Shown here: positions 49,221 through 62,412 of the stretch, piece after piece
How the letters are laid out: each line of letters opens with the position of its first letter
Position numbering within the stretch: position 1 is the first letter of the stretch
DNA from: Lama glama
Lineage: Eukaryota
Reading direction: 5' to 3'
Length of the DNA stretch: 64,000 bases
Assembly: GCA_028534125.1 (NCBI GenBank)
Contig: JAPYYK010000144.1
Coordinates: 496,001 to 560,000, forward strand
Made by a program: the position numbers and the translations under genes
The notes under the pieces: generated by a model
The model's input: only the letters and a program-made list of their open reading frames with translations
Told to the model about the DNA's origin: nothing
Database searches by the model: none

Positions 49221-51435
49221 CAATTAAAAATATTCTTTAAGTTACTAGGCACGCACTAATGTGGAAAAATCTAGTGCAAAGTCGTTCATTCTTTTATTTC
49301 ATCACTTGTTTATCCATTAAAATGGAAGTATTTATTGAATTCCAACTATGAGCTGGTACTTACTTACTCTTTGAGGGGCTAGAATATACGTATTTGAGAT
49401 ACAGACCCTGCCAGTGACCAGCTCACACTCTATACTGATACTTTACATTGTTAACTTTTATATATACATATGTTTCTACCTAAGTAAGACAATTATAATA
49501 CTGTAATAACTCCTGAGTCATGTTCTAGGAATAATAACCAGACAATAATCTGCTATAGGAAATGGCTAGGTCATAGACAATGTGTCATATGGGATCTTCA
49601 CTCAAAAAGCTTTGCTGCAAGTGAAGGAGGCTTGTTTCCTTGGCCCTGACAAAACCTGCATGTCAGGCAGCGAGTCAGAGTCCGATTTTGGAGTAAGAAC
49701 GGCAGGCCGGTCCATGGCTAAGACGCAGTCAGTGACTCAAGATTCCAGAAAGAGAGGAAATAAACACTGGGGATCAGATCATGACCTGCAGAAATCTAGG
49801 AAGCCGAGTGGAAAAACCCCTGACAAATTCAGCCATTATAAACCATGTGAGACACACAAATGATCTGGAAGAGGGCAAGAACAATTGCCAATTACACATC
49901 CTGACCACCAGATCAATACTATATTTATTTGTAGGGGAGGCTTAAACCAGGGGACAATCAAACAGAATTGGATTGAACCGAAGGATGATTATCCAATTTC
50001 TATGAGTTCTTGGCTGCGAATAAATTCTCTGCCTCAGCTGTGTGTAGTATGAGATAAATAACAGGCATTTGTGATGAGAGCCCCAGTGAGGTCAAACCAC
50101 ATTAGCAAAACTAGCAACTGCTTTAGGCAATCACCGAAACCTTCCGGGAAAAAATCATTTCACCCAGCCAAAGTGGCAGAGATTTGCAGTCAGCAGAAAT
50201 TTTACTCCTGACACCTACTCTTTCTGTTCCCCTGGTGGTTCTTGTCTAGCTCCTATCTATGAAGAACAGTGACATCCTGCAGCTCATCTGCTTAGAGCAT
50301 GATTAGTTAATTTTTGTGATTGGGACATTGTCTGTGCCGACACCAAGCCCTTCTCCCCCTGTTTCCTAGGTAGCCAGTGTGATTGGGCATTTATCCTGAT
50401 CATGATATGTGGATGCTCAGCAACAGAGAGACAGAAATGATCAAAAAGGTCGCACACAGCATGGCAGCATCAGACTCCATCTGGGAAGGCAAGTCTAATG
50501 GATGCGATCATCTCTATCACAAAGTGCAAAGAGCCAGCAAGAAGATCAGATCACCAGATGGGCCCTAGGAAGAGAAAAAAAAAAAGACACCAGGAAAAGC
50601 TTTCTTCTTTAGCCTCTCCTGATAATCACTGCTTATTATGGGATGAAGGTTGTTATGGTGACAGGAGGGGTAAAGGTTACTGAGTTGACAGGGAAACAGA
50701 GAAGAGCCTTGAGATACACTTTTGAATAAGTTGATCTCTTTGATGTGGGCTGCAGACCCAAATTGCCTACTCTCTTGGTGCCAAGAGGCATCTTAAAATT
50801 AGTAAGGTTTCCCACAATATGGCAAATTATATCTGTCTATGGTTTGGCTACAGTATTCTACAAATCCCCAAATACCATGGCTATTGGATCTGAGGGTGGA
50901 GGGGGAATGTGCTAGGAACAGTTTATTACTGTAACTCAGAAGGCTACCTGTACTTTGAATATTCCAATGAGAGCTGGTGGGAGTGGGAAAAGGTAGAAAT
51001 GGGGACAGGGAGGTTAAAGCAAGCCTTTAAGTCTATTAAGCTAATTACCTTGAGAGATGTTAGTAAAAATGAATTCACATGTTACATATTTTTAAATAAC
51101 AAAGACAATGATGTTTTATTAAATTACATAGATTCCAGGCTCTCTGCATCTTTCTAACCCTAAACTTAGCCAGCCTTTCACAGACCACAGCATTTTACAC
51201 AAATTCATCAGTGGATTTATAGAAAGACAGCCTTGGGCTCCTAACTATTTGATCTTGATGATCATAGCCACTTATCAAGGTAACTTTAAACTTGAACCCA
51301 ACTTCCAAGCTGCTGGGCAACCCCTACAATTGCTTTAAGGCCATTTGGGATCTTAATACCGGTGATTCTTTTATTCCATTATCCAGGTCATTTATGGAAG
51401 ACTCCTTATTTTCAGATCTAAGGCATAACCCCATT

Positions 51436-51530
51436 TGGTTGTTGTTTTGTTTATTTTTGTTTGTTTTTTTAATGGAGGTACTGGGGGCACGCTAAGCATG
51501 TGCGGTACTGCTGAGCTACACCCACCCCCT
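51436..51530 (-). mobile_element. vic-1-type SINE with internal deletion removing the B-box region
   Basis: aatggaggtactggggg joins directly to cacgctaagcatgtgc...ctgagctacaccc. Confidence 0.8.
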
Positions 51531-52629
51531 ATGCTTTCACACTTGGGATGGAACTGCACCAACAGTAATGTTCTAGGGGCATGCTTCTCCACTGCCGAAT
51601 TCATCAACATTGATGAGCAAGTTCAGTAATTCAGCCTGGTTTCAGTAAATGGATTGGGGCTGTGCTAGAGGTGACAAGAAGACATTCAAGGCACTTTGCC
51701 ATCCTGAGAGGGCTGAAAAGGGGCCCCTCTTAGTAGTCCTGTTGCAAAGAGGAAACGCTGATGACAAATAACCTCTGTTTTTGTCAGTCTCCACTGACAC
51801 AATACGGCTGGAGATAAGATCCAATTATCCAGATTGTTCAGGCCAAAGTTTACTGCCTTCACATCCATTCATAGCCTGCCTGGCTGTAAATTCTACTTTG
51901 ATAATAGACTTGCCTGAAATTGTCTCATACACTGTCTTCCCACCCCAGCATCCTGTTAGAAGTTTCTTTACAGCCTCAAGGCCTCTACCTGTCCCAAAAT
52001 GTGATGCAACCTCTATGACACTCTTGGTTGGGGATATATTGCTCTCTTCAATGACTGCTGTATGAGATAAATGATAGGCATTTTTGACCAAAGTGCAGTG
52101 AATTCAAAACAAGCAAGTGGTTTACGTAATCATCAAAAGTTTGAGGGGAAAATCATTTCAACAATCCTAAACTTCTTCATGGAACAGCTGAGTTTCCTAT
52201 CCCTCATCAGGCATCCTTCTTCCTGCCAACAAACTCATGGTTATCTTGTCTTCCTCAGGACTGCCCACCACCTTTTTAAAATACTTCCCTATAACAACCA
52301 CACAATAGCTAATAGCACCCCCAGGAAACTCCCATTTATAACAATAGTTACGAAGGTAGCAAACGTCAGTTGAAAAAATACCTACACTGGAATGAATGAG
52401 ATATAGACAGGAGATACTAAAACTTTACTAAGCTGAAATATTTGAAAGTAAACCCCCCACTGGTTCCTTATTTTCTCCGACCAGAGAATAAGAAAGGCGA
52501 AATAAAAGCTAATGGGTTTTGGTTGGTCTATTTCTCAGGCCTCATGAGGTTACAAGTGGCAAAAATAAGTACCTTTACTGCTTCCCCAAACTGGGAAGGA
52601 CAGGGCAGAGATGGCCTGTAGCTTAACTG

Positions 52630-52850
52630 AGTGACCAATGGCTTGCTGGTTGAAAACATAGGGGCTGGAACCAGGTTGCCTGGATTTGAACCCTCTCTGC
52701 TACCCATTACCCCAGTTTAACTTTGGGCAAGTTACTTAACCTCTCTGTGCCTTGCTTATCTTGGGAAAGAAGAGGGAAGAGGAGAAAATGTTAGTATCTC
52801 ATTGGACTGTTGCAAATATTAGTACAGTACCTGGCAGGAAACAGTAGCTT
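52630..52850 (+). mobile_element. MIR
   Basis: ggctggaaccaggttgcctggatttgaaccc...ctttgggcaagttacttaacctctctgtgcct. Confidence 0.85.
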
Positions 52851-54499
52851 TTATTGTGAACTAGACCCAAGGCCCAAACAATGGGAGTTGGGGGGGCACA
52901 GTTAAGGGCTCCCCAGCTGGTCACAGGAAAAGGGAATGCAAGAGCAGAGAAGATGAAATGGAAACACTTGGTGGACCTAGATGGTCAAATAGAGAAAAGA
53001 GGGGACACAGAATTCTAGATGTCAGCTATCTCCTTCAGCGAAGATTTCCTGCGAATCTTCTACTTCTCAGAGAAAACCAAGAGTCAGTGATAGTAGCATC
53101 TGCAACAAACAAACCCACTATAGCTGCCGCTAGTTAATTTCCACACTGCCCAGGAGTCATCCACTTCTCGGTGTGTCCGAGGCTCCTGTTAGTCTGGGTC
53201 TAAGATGAAGCCAGCTGGTGAGCTTCCCCTCCATTCCAGAGCCTATAAGACCAGCATCTGGTCCAGCAACTGCAAGACCAGGTGTTCATTGTAAAAATGC
53301 AAATGATCAGGGCTGATGGTAAGAGCTCAAGGCACTGAAAATTTACAAATTCAAAAGCTTATTGCTATGAATGCATTGTGCAAATAAAAGCCATTCAGAG
53401 ACCCTTGGGAGGCACAGTTCTAACTGAGACAGTAAATTGTGACTCTAAATCTAAACTTAAAAATGCACCCATCAGAGGCTCACAACACACCACCATATAG
53501 CAGCCCTGTCCATGCAAAAACAGTTCATGACTTAGTATGTTTTCAGTAGTAATGGGTAGAGGAGACAGTGTCTCCAATTTCTGAAGGCAGTGAAATGGGA
53601 AATAGCTCCAACGTGGATAAAATATATTTACATTTAAAGTCTTTGCTCAGTTCGAACTCCAGGACAGCAATAGCACTTTTCAAAAAATTGCTTTTAACTT
53701 TTGCCATGAAAAGCATATAGGAAACCCAGAAAAACGATTAAAACTCACACCCAAGCCACTTACTTGCTGATGGCTAGGGAAGTAGGACCTAAAATGAGCT
53801 TAATTAGAAGAGAATCCTCCAGTGTAATCCAAATAAGTGTGGCCACGCAGAATGTTTAACTATCCTACTTAAAAAAAAAATCAGCTGCATTCATACAAGT
53901 TAGTCTCTTAAAAATACATTTAGATGGAGAGTTAAGGGATAAAGCATTCAGGAGGATTCTGGATCAAAGCAAGAGTCCATGAATCAAAGGAATTGTCACT
54001 TGGCATTACTGGAAATGTTAAACAAGAGAAAGAAAGCAAAATCCGACTTGGTGTTACTTATTGATTATGCCTTAGAAAAATAACAGATTCATGAGAAAAC
54101 TCTTGGTTACAACATTTTGAAATCATAGATTATTTTTACATATCTATGCTATCTTTTCAACTCATTGCTATGGTAAATGGAGGCAAATTAAGGCAAAAAT
54201 AACATTACTATGATTAGATGTGAATATATTTCCTCGGCATAGAAAAGGTTTAATTAATTACACTCTTTGTATAGAAGCTTCTTTCTTTCCACCTTTGTAA
54301 ATATTTTCACCAGATTTAAAGCCTCTTTTAGGCGGGATTTGTGTCTTAGATGTCTTTTGTCAAGCACAGTGCTTAAAAAATACCCCGATTGATTCAGTAA
54401 ATACAAAATATGGCGTTCAGGAAGTGTGACAATACTGTGCAAGACTGTGAAATAAAATTCATATTTTATGGCAAGACAAGAAAACTTTAAACAGAAAAC

Positions 54500-54924
54500 A
54501 TTTTCCACCCTTTCCAATTCCTCCCTTTTACTTCAACCCTCCTCTATATTTGGCGTTTCTACTAGAGTCGTGTTGAAAGATTGATTTGCACACTAGGTTC
54601 CTGCTTCTCCAATCGTTGGCCATTGAATAAAGCTGATGCTGTTCCAGGCTCAGCATTGGTTTCATTATTGGCTGCGTGAATCCAATCAGAAAAAGAGTCT
54701 CCTGAGACAAGTGGTCTTGGCCCGGGGCCCAGGCTAGGACCCTGGTGTGGGTCTGGTCGACCAATTGGGTAACATTTCCTTATGAGGGCATTTCCCGAAT
54801 AATAGAAAGGTCATATTAAATACATTTGGTTATTGTTTTTTCCTGTTAATCCCTTTGTCAGTTTAATTTTCAGACCTATTCAGGGACCCTAAGAGGGTTG
54901 AGGAAAACTTTTTCCTCCCCAACA
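54500..54924 (+). mobile_element. Composite of two ERV1-type LTR 3' portions (junction ~54774)
   Basis: AATAAA and end ttgggtaaCA, then ccttatgaggg...tcctgttaatc...gaccctaagagggttgagg...cctccccaaCA. Confidence 0.7.
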
Positions 54925-55412
54925 TCACAATATCACAAATACAACCTGTAATAATAAATAGTTTGGTCTTCTCATTTAAGACTTCTTTTCAGGACACAAA
55001 CTACATTTTTGGGGGCATTATGATTTTTTAAAGCACATTTAATTAAATTTTAATGGAGTCTAAACTACCAAATATATCCTATATTTACATATTGGAATTT
55101 GGTATATTATAGTATAAGGGCAATATAGAGAATTACATTCTATCATAAAATGCCTCTTTCTAAAGTGATGGTAAATGTTGAAATTAATTCCAGATTGGTG
55201 GTGGAGGGAAAAGCTATGCTAATGTGAATATCTTGATTATTTAAATATTGTAAAGATGATAATGAGCCTTACCATCACCCAACAAGTTGCTCAATGACTG
55301 GAAGTAATCCTCAACTCAAGAAAACTCCTCCTCTCCCACCATCCACTACAATATTCAATTTGTCACTAGGTCCCACCAATTTCGCCTCAATGATTCCTCT
55401 AGCTCAACCCTC

Positions 55413-55868
55413 TGTTGCTGAAAAACTGGCCTCTGTACCCCAATAACCAAATTGAGAATCAGAGGCAGAGTTTTGGGAGAATTAGAAAAGAAGAGCTTTA
55501 TTGCTTTGCCAGACAAAGGGAGTCATGGCAAGCTAATGCCTTAAAGACTGGGAGCCCACCTTGGGGTAAGGGTCGTGGGGTTTTGTAGAAAAATGGGAAT
55601 AGGAGGGTGATAACAATCAGTGTGTGAGCAGGGGCTACTTTCCTTTCATCTTGGTAAGAACTTGCTGTTGTTATAGAGGAATTTAGGAAGGTCTCCCATT
55701 TTCTTGAGGTTCAGTGCATGACCTTCTTTCAAGACCTCTAGGGTAAAAGGATAAGTTATTCTAAGAAAAGGGTGCACAGTGGGGAGCGTGTTAGTGGTAA
55801 GATCAGTTTAGCTAAAAGTACAGGCCTGAACAACTCAACAGACATCCTGTTAGTTTTCTACTCTTTCA
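55413..55868 (-). mobile_element. ERV1 solo LTR inserted in an L2 fragment
   Basis: TG...CA termini; 4-bp TSD CCTC (55409-55412, 55869-55872); antisense poly(A) signal tttatt. Confidence 0.9.
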
Positions 55869-56138
55869 CCTCCTCTCCATCAAGACTGACATTTCCCCCT
55901 TTCAGGCCCCTTTGTTGCTAATTCAGAGTATACCCATAGACTCCTAATATGAATTTTGTAAAGATGTATATGTCCTAAAGCACCAACCCTCAAGAACTTG
56001 GATCAGAAAATACAGAGAGGGGCCTGGGTGTCTGTATTTCTGCAAATCCAATTAGATGGTTCTATTCAACCAGGTTTGGGAATTAATATATTAAGTACTT
56101 AATTTTAATTGCACAAAATACCAATCAAGGGTTGTTTT

Positions 56139-56531
56139 CGTTAAAAGAAATAACAAGCCCAAAATGGAGTCATCTGCCCCAACAATAGCATACCAAGATT
56201 TAACTGGAGTTCCAATCCATTCCAGAAATGTTACCTTTAAAACAATCAATATGAAATTTCCTGACCAACTCTAGTGAGGTTACTGGCATGATAAAGACCT
56301 CTGCCATTCCCTTCCCTGCAAAAGAAGACGGCCTGACCTGAAACAGTCCTTTCTTTTCTTTTGCTAATACTTTCTTACCCAGCCCTCTTTCTGCCTATAA
56401 AGATCTTCCATTTTGTACAGCCCCTCAGAGCACCCTTCTCGCTGCTAGATGGGCTGCTTTCTGATTCATGAGTCGTTGAATAAAGACAATTAGATCTTCA
56501 AATTTACTCAGTTGAATTTTGTTTTCTAACA
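56139..56531 (+). mobile_element. ERV1 solo LTR (MER4-group-like)
   Basis: gttaaaagaaataacaagcccaaaatggagtca...ctataaa...gaataaag...gttttctaaCA. Confidence 0.85.
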
Positions 56532-58065
56532 CTCTAAATAATAAAAGCTACTTCCTTAAGGTATATTGTTAAGGAACCTTAGCTGGCCAGTGAAGATGGG
56601 AGGGAAGAAAGGTATCTAAAGGCTAGGAAAAATCAGTTCTACAACTGACCTTCAAGATAATGAATGCCCATCAAAAGATGTCAGACAAGTTTACAAAAAA
56701 AACCAGGAATAAGCAAAAAGATTACTGGGTATCTCCAATGGGAAAACTATGCACTGTATAGAGCACAACCTCCTGGGTTATCTGATTCTAGCCTTTTTCT
56801 TTGAGCTATTTTACAACGGTAAATTGTAGATAATGGCAATGTCAAGTAATTCTTGCCTATAGATATGTAAATAAATTGTCTGGTGGCAGTTGACTCCCTC
56901 AACCACACTCCTTGGGAAAAAGTCAGTTTTGTGTCCATTTGTAAATTCACTTGAAAATTCCTTTACTCCATACAAATCAGCGGTTCATTAAGCTGACTTC
57001 AAACTGGTTGTAACATCTTTCTGGGGCCCTCAATTAATTAATGAATTACATAAAATATTTACACATTCATTTTATATTTGTATGAGTCATGATTTTGCCT
57101 TTTGTTAAAAATTATACATTAAAAGGTTCTATCCAGGACATTGTTAATATTCAAGGGATCTAGAGGGAGATGATGTCAGCCAGTGAGTTCATCTACCTCT
57201 TTTTTGTTCTATTTCTCTGGCTTGCCAAAAGCCACAGCTTTTCTGTAAGGGATAAAATGCAATACCAGATACAAGAGGTATTCTAGTCTTCTTGCAAATT
57301 GGATTTCTCAATGTGGACAAATAAATTATGACTCTGATGATAAACCAGCCTCTTGTGAGTATGGTTAGGCTACATTTAAGGCTGATTGACTCTGAGTATC
57401 ACACAATTCCTGTTTCTGAAACTCCAAACCTGAGGGCCAGATCCTAGAACATATATTAGTAACCAGCCTGCCTCCTTTGGAAAATAGTTCTACCTCAGTT
57501 CTCTAACTTTAACATGGAAAAAGAGTTTTTCTAATGCTCTTGAAACATTCTAAGTTTATTTTCTGAAACGCCAAAGATGAAAAGAGAACAAAGATGCTAT
57601 TTAAAACTGGTACAGGAGAATGTTTCAAAGAGTTTTTGACACAAAAGAAAGCACACTGATAAAAGAGGAATTGTCCCCAAGCAAGGAAGAGCTAGGTCAC
57701 ACTAGAGGCTAATGTAAACTGTGCATACAGGTATCACAGGACCACAGCATCCCTGAATCCCACTAAGGGTTAATCTAACTGTACTAACAATGAAGTTAGC
57801 TCTTGTTACTATATTCAGCATCTTTTTATATAATGGCTTTATGTTATTTTTCAGTAGCTAATGTTCTCTAAAGCAGTCCCCGCTCTCCAAACTTCACGTA
57901 ATAGAATTAATTTAATTAATTAATAATATAATAACACTTAATTGAATTTACCACAATATCACCTTTTGGAAAGCGAGAAATAGAATACAGAGTCAGGACA
58001 GCCTCCAGTCCCAGTACGGAAAGTGACATGCTAATAAGGACACTAGGTAGAACTGGGCAAGAGCT

Positions 58066-58571
58066 TGCCAACTAAAAACTGGCATTTGCTATCTGTCTTT
58101 ACAAGGACTGGATCACGTTGGCACTTGCCATCTAACTATGCTTGGATTAAATCATGAGCCGCTGCAGCCGCTGACCTCCAACACACCCTGAAAGGAGTTC
58201 AGGGTGGAGATCAGGAACGAGGTGCTCTGTGCTCTGGGAAAACGCAAAACAGGCCTTCAGACAGCTAGATAATTTCAGGAGAAGATTTTATGAGCCCAAA
58301 TTCTTGCATCTCCTCACATCTAGAAAAGCACTAAAATAATTAACGGTGACATCTGCTCCTCGTGACTAGCCGCAGTCTCTGCCTAACTGTGGGCTTGACT
58401 GCACGCCCCTCTTCATTAACATCATATCTAATACTGACCTGTCCCCCTACCTCTTCAGAGCAGCTCCTCAGAGCTGTCTGAAATGCTGTCTCCCGGGCTA
58501 TAGTCCTCATTTTGCTCCAAATAAAACTTAACCCACAACTCTCACATTGTGTGGTTTTATTTCATTCAACA
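58066..58571 (+). mobile_element. ERV1 solo LTR
   Basis: TG...CA termini; 4-bp TSD AGCT (58062-58065, 58572-58575); ccaaataaaacttaac poly(A) region. Confidence 0.9.
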
Positions 58572-58686
58572 AGCTCTATATATGCAGAGAGCCGGGGAGG
58601 GTGGAGGCTTGGTGAACACAGCAGAGATGGAGCACATGGCAGGCAGTAAGAACTCTAGACTACGTCTTCCAGCAGCCCTGAGCCAT

Positions 58687-59645
58687 TGTATAGAAAGAAA
58701 AATATCTTTTCCTTCTACCCTTCTAGGTTCTCGGCTGGAGCCACCATAAAAAAAAAAAACAGATTAAAAGGAGAAAAGCACCTAAATTTAGTTAAGTTTT
58801 GTGTGACCTGGAAGCCTTCATAAGGGAATGAAGACCTGAAGAAATGCTGTTGAACCCAAGTTCATGTGCCCAATGCACAGTGAGGCCAAACAAACCCAAA
58901 CGTCAGAGTTTGGAGGAGAGAGAGGTTTATTGCACAGGGCCAAGCAAGGAGAACAAGGGTGGCTCATGCTCAGAAGACCCGAATTCATCGATGGGTTTCA
59001 GGGAAGAAATGTCTATAGGCAAAATTTGTGGGGAGGACTGCGGGGTGTGTGGCCCGCCTCTGACTGGTTGGTGGGGAGCTAACAGGGAGGTGTTCCAGGA
59101 ATCTCTATCATCCGCCTTCAGGTTCCAACCAGTCTGGGGTGCAAGAGCTTGTGCTCAGCCTGAAGTCGCCATCCTCCACCTGGGTGGGGGCCTTAGTTCC
59201 TACAGGAGAACTGTGCGATCTGTATCAGACTGTCGTGCACACCCCCAGGAGGAACCAGGACTAGGCCCTGTCTCAGCAGTCTCGTTTCTTTCTGCTTTCC
59301 CTCACTCCCCTAATTAGTAACTGTTTGAATCTGCCCTTTGGACTCAGGGAAGGGCTAGGAGGCTGAAACCTTTTTCCTATAAACAAGAAATAGGGGACAG
59401 AGAAAGGCCTTTGTACTCGGGAAGGCACCACAGGGTCCTGCTTGGTTTCAGAAACAGTTACACCGGAGTGTTTCTGTACTAGGTTTGAGGAAGAGTGAGA
59501 AGTCATGGGAAAATGTGAAAGGACAAAGGGCATGAGCTAAGGGTCGTCAACTGGGGGAAACCCAGCAAGGCCTCTGTGTTCAGATGTCCCCCAGCGTCCC
59601 TCATCTGCAGAGATAAGGATGCTCCCTTCCTCCGGTGTGGGGAGG
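58687..59645 (-). mobile_element. ERV1 LTR hosting a nested LTR; runs into the assembly gap
   Basis: tgtatagaaagaaaaat...acagattaaaaggagaaaagc...cctgaaGAAA, resuming GAAAcagttacaccggagtg...gggcatgagctaa. Confidence 0.8.
58845..59450 (-). mobile_element. ERV1 solo LTR nested in another LTR
   Basis: TG...CA termini; 4-bp TSD GAAA (58841-58844, 59451-59454); antisense poly(A) signal ggtttattg. Confidence 0.9.
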
Positions 59646-59797
59646 NNNNNNNNNNNNNNNNNNNNNNNNNNNNNNNNNNNNNNNNNNNNNNNNNNNNNNN
59701 NNNNNNNNNNNNNNNNNNNNNNNNNNNNNNNNNNNNNNNNNNNNNNNNNNNNNNNNNNNNNNNNNNNNNNNNNNNNNNNNNNNNNNNNNNNNNNNNN
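59646..59797. other. Assembly gap
   Basis: Run of n. Confidence 0.99.
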
Positions 59798-59999
59798 TAC
59801 CATGCTGCCCACCTGTGTCAGAACTGACTCTGCAACTTGGCGAAGATAACCCTAAAATGTGAAGTCGCTGAGGCCCACATCTGAGAGAAGCTGGAAAGAC
59901 CAGCCCCCTTCACCCCTGCCATGACCCCTTACTCATCCTTCAGAAATTTGGGCTCAAAAGGGGACTCCTTTCTTTGTCATGCATTTTAGAAGTTTCCTG

Positions 60000-60125
60000 T
60001 AGTGCAGTGATAAGACAGAGACTAACCTTTTGGAAATTCAATTTTGCCATCTGTGGAGTGAAACAATATCCACTAAATAGGTTGTGAGGTTTAAATGAAA
60101 TAAAATGTATAAACTGATATTTTGT
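60000..60125 (+). mobile_element. MIR fragment
   Basis: ttttgccatctgtggagtg...taggttgtgaggtttaaatgaaataaaatgtataaa. Confidence 0.6.
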
Positions 60126-61058
60126 AGGGTAAGGTACACTACCTTACCTGAGTTGGAGAATTGTGATTAGTATTAGGTTTCCTTGACCATGAGGCATTTA
60201 CCATAATTGCAGGCTGACTCAGGTTTAGATTTGTGATGGAGACCAGGCCACGTGGGCAGCCTCCATTTTGTGGGTCTCAATAAAAGAATTAATTTTATCA
60301 CCGCTTAAGACACTGTCTGGCTGATTCTTAATAAATGGTTTTATTGTTGCTGTTTGGGAGGAGTTTTAGACTCGTCCCTGGTGATAAGACCTTCTTACTC
60401 TGCTAAAAAGCCCCCAAGGACACCAACAAGCTTAAGAACAAATCCTCAGTGGAAATTAGCAGTTCCTACAATCAATTTATGATCCTATAATGAAAGATAG
60501 AATATTAGAGAACAACAGTGCAAACTGTAGAACACTATGGTGAGACTCCAGGATGGTATTAAAAAGGATTTGCTTTATTTTATAGAAGTTGTAGGCAGTT
60601 GATGGTCATAGTGGACTACAGCACTGAAAAAAGTGGGGTTTAAAAAATTAACCTTTTTTCCTCCCTCATCTCTACTTAAGGATTCCCCTGTTTTTAGGGT
60701 TTTTTTTAATTATTAAGCTTTCCACATAAAAAAAGCACTTCAGCCATGATGATTATTTTTAGGAGGTGCTAATAGGACAACCTGTGAACACCCTCTAAGC
60801 CACACTGTCCTCTCATTACTGTAATTAATGACTGCGCAGCATTTCTTTGTTCACCAAAGTCACATATTGGTGTACACCAGATTTACTGACGTGGGAAAAA
60901 TTATGTAGCATCTTCTTCAATTGCAACTCTTCCATCCAGCTTTAAATAGTTGACTCAATTCTATCTATCCTCAAAGTACCTTTTAAAAAATCTATGCTAT
61001 GTATTTGCATGTGTTTAAAGCTAAGTTTGGTTACTGGTTCCTCTCCTAAAAGAGAAAA

Positions 61059-61190
61059 TTAGCATTTATCCAAAAAAGCAAACTCTCTTTAATTACAAAA
61101 CACATCAGTTTGTAATTAAATCATGTACCAAACTGAAGTCAACAAATGTGTTCTGTATTAAAGAGAATTGCTTTATTAAATAAATGCTAA
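61059..61190. repeat. Long imperfect inverted repeat (fold-back element)
   Basis: Left arm ttagcatttatccaaaaaagcaaactctctttaattacaaaacacat pairs with right arm atgtgttctgtattaaagagaattgctttattaaataaatgctaa; inner cagtttg/caaactg pair. Confidence 0.85.
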
Positions 61191-61252
61191 GAGGTTTGTG
61201 TGTGTGTGTTTTTAAAGAGGTTTATGTTTTAAAATGTTCCAAAGATCTACAG

Positions 61253-61830
61253 TGACAATGTTCAACTTGACCTGAGCCCTGGGGGCATGGAAAACAGCAA
61301 AGATTAAGAAATCCCTCCAACCTGTTGTGTTCTGGGGAATGGCTTCCTTACTACAGAGAACCACCATCCCCATATGACTCCAGTAAGACTGGTGGACTTA
61401 CCTGGACAACACCAGACACAGACCCTCCATGTTCCCACTCATTGCCATGAATGATTAACTGGACTGGTCCCACTGACCAGTCTGGACAAAATGCCTGCTG
61501 ACAGCATCAGAATGCCAAACAGCCAACCCTCTTCACTGACGCCTCACGAGAATCAGCTGACCCTAAGGAAAGACATTTCCCATTCAAACCGTTGGATCAT
61601 ACCACCTGTTCATTCCCCTCCCCAATATCTGGTTCTTTCTAGCCTTATTTACCCCTCCCTACATACGAAAATTCCTTTCTGCCTTTGGGATGCCTGCAGA
61701 TCTTATGGACTGAATGTTCTCTGTGTTGCAGAGTTCTCTCTCCCTATTGCAATGGTCCCCTTCCCTTATTGCAATAATCTTTTTGAATTGTCTTTCCTTA
61801 TCTAAATCTGGATTTAGTTTTTATTTGACA
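61253..61830 (+). mobile_element. Old ERV1 solo LTR (MER90/MER110-like)
   Basis: tgacaatgttcaacttgacctgagccctg...tccctattgcaat...tctggatttagtttttatttgaCA. Confidence 0.8.
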
Positions 61831-62246
61831 ATGGAAATCCAGGTAGAAGTTTTAAATAGTCCCCTGGTCAAGAATCTTTGACTCCTAAATCCCAGGATCT
61901 AAAAATGAAATGAAATGAGAAAACAAATTCAAGTCTTCTTTTTTTCCCCTCGCTCATCACTACTTTTTTTCCTTTCTTAATTTAGTCTATTTGCAACGAA
62001 GTTAACAAAAAAGAATGTCTTGAAGGAAGAAGGATATTAACAAATGATAAAACAACAGAGGCAGGTAGGAGAGGGCAGTCTCATTCATTTTTAGCCTATA
62101 TGAATATGCTACAATGTGTGGGTATTCGTTGTCATGTATATAAGCTTCAGAAGTTTGGAGCTGGTCACTTGATTTTTTTTATTAGTTTTGTACCAGCCCA
62201 TCTCTTTATGTCTTGCACTCTGAATCCCACCTGATCATGGTCTTCT

Positions 62247-62412
62247 CAGTGCATTTCAAATTTTAACGTGCAAAAGAATCTCCTGGAGGGTTTGTTAAAA
62301 CAGAGCTTGCTGAACATCGCCCTCAGTTTCTGATTTTGGTGGAGCCTGAAATTTTGCATTTCTAACAAATTTCAGGGCAATGCTGATGCTGCTGATGGTC
62401 CCCACATTGAGT
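62247..62412 (-). mobile_element. MER5A
   Basis: gaatctcctggagggtttgttaaaacaga...tttgcatttctaacaaatttcaggg...tgctgatgctgctg. Confidence 0.85.

Noticed and set aside
58844-59317. 157-aa ORF
   Set aside because: Lies entirely within an antisense ERV1 solo LTR.
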